A program made the position numbers and the translations under genes. A DNA stretch of 64,000 nt, taken from contig NC_043013.1 in the NCBI RefSeq assembly GCF_006345805.1, positions 21,390,001-21,454,000 of the forward strand, in the 5' to 3' direction. The notes beneath the pieces were generated by a model. It had not been told where the DNA came from. It searched no databases and saw nothing but the letters and a program-made list of their open reading frames with translations. Positions 62,755 to 64,000 of this stretch are shown in pieces. Position 1 is the first letter of the stretch, and the number at the start of each line of letters is the position of its first letter. This stretch comes from Octopus sinensis (lineage: Eukaryota).

Positions 62755-64000
62755 TTATAATACTTGGTGTGTAAGTATTTGGAACATTATTAACTGCTTC
62801 GATCTGCGCGAAGGCCGTGACGCAACTGCTTCCTCGAGATTGAATAAAAGAAAACGTGATGGAAATAGTCAAACTGTTTACGTTTGAAGACAGCGATCTG
62901 GCAGAATGGTAAGAAGTCCTTATCGATGCGAGAATAAAACATCAAATGATGATGTCCACCATTTTAGGATTAAGGAATAGGGACTGTATTACGAAAAAAT
63001 CTTACTGTTTCAGGGAGAAAGAGACAGGGAAAGTGAGAGAAAGAGACAGACAGATATGGTTGAAATAGTGACCCGTGGGTTTGGAATATTTACTCGTGTT
63101 GCACAAAACTGAAAAGTTTGGGTTTTTATGAGAGTTTGGCGGTTTCGCTTACCGAATGAGCTAATCATAGCAATAGGTTCTTCATTATAAAAACTGTAGA
63201 GATTAGAAGAGATCAAAATACAGAGGAATTTCTGACTTCAGGGATTCTAAACTTTCTCTTACTTTTTGCTCTCTGTTTCGAACCCGAGAGACCATAATTT
63301 GTCCTGATTAAATCGAAAAGAAATGAAAATCCGATACCACATCCAACAACATACAGGAACGGTGGCGTAAATATCAGAGGATTTTAGAAGTTGTAGAAAC
63401 GCCTAAGAAAGATGATGATGATTACTATCATCATTATGACGATGATTGTGGAGAAAGTGATTGTAATAATGGTGGTGGTGGTGGTGGATGTAGTGATAAG
63501 GGATATTAATAGATTAATGGCGGTTGTGATGGCTGTGATTGTGCTAATGATTGTCCTGATGGTTGTGATGGTGGTGATAATGGTAATTGTGCTGAAAACA
63601 GAAACGACCGATAAAGAACATGGACCAAACCTTACTACCAATAAGCGCGACGAATGTAAGAATATTTTCTCTGTAACCAATTTTATAGTATTCCAACCAC
63701 AGACCGAAATGCAGCTCCTTCAATTTACACCTACGTTGAAATGTCACAGTTTAAAATAAATAGTGAAAATAATCGCTGGTTATTTTTTATTCTCTTAAAG
63801 GTAAATATGTGAAAGCACACATGCACGCATAGCTTTACTCCCTTCTTTCTCCTTAACCGGTAAGCTAACAAGTCCCTACGTAAATTAGCTGCCTAAATTC
63901 GGCATTTTATCTCAGAAAGTACCTGATATAAACAAAGATCGTAAGACAGTTGAGATGAGAAGTTTATATCAAGAAATTGATCAAATGTTTAAAGGAATAT

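Overview
AT-rich eukaryotic non-coding DNA, most likely from a coleoid cephalopod (Octopus). This is inferred from the SINE families and microsatellite load, not from a search. I found no recognisable host protein-coding gene. Nearly all ORFs in the track are microsatellite read-through or decayed transposon frames. The window holds tRNA-headed SINEs (families labelled A, B and E here), non-autonomous Helitrons, decayed Tc1/mariner elements, CR1-like and RTE-like LINE fragments, R4/Dong-type (restriction-like endonuclease, RLE) retrotransposon remnants, and very many microsatellites. The most interesting signal is a set of type I hammerhead-ribozyme (HHR) motifs in short dispersed elements, most of them next to (TA)n tracts. 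Two copies of one family, 46 kb apart (11902-11962 and 58065-58125), have a complete catalytic core, a palindromic stem III and compensatory base changes. Variant cores lie inside long fold-back palindromes (25742-26063, 54505-54685). Other highlights are a SINE tail shared with a CR1-like LINE 3' end, apparently self-targeted tandem SINE arrays, and Dong-like copies inside (AAT)n. All coordinates and folds were read by eye; element ends are approximate unless a TIR or TSD is quoted.
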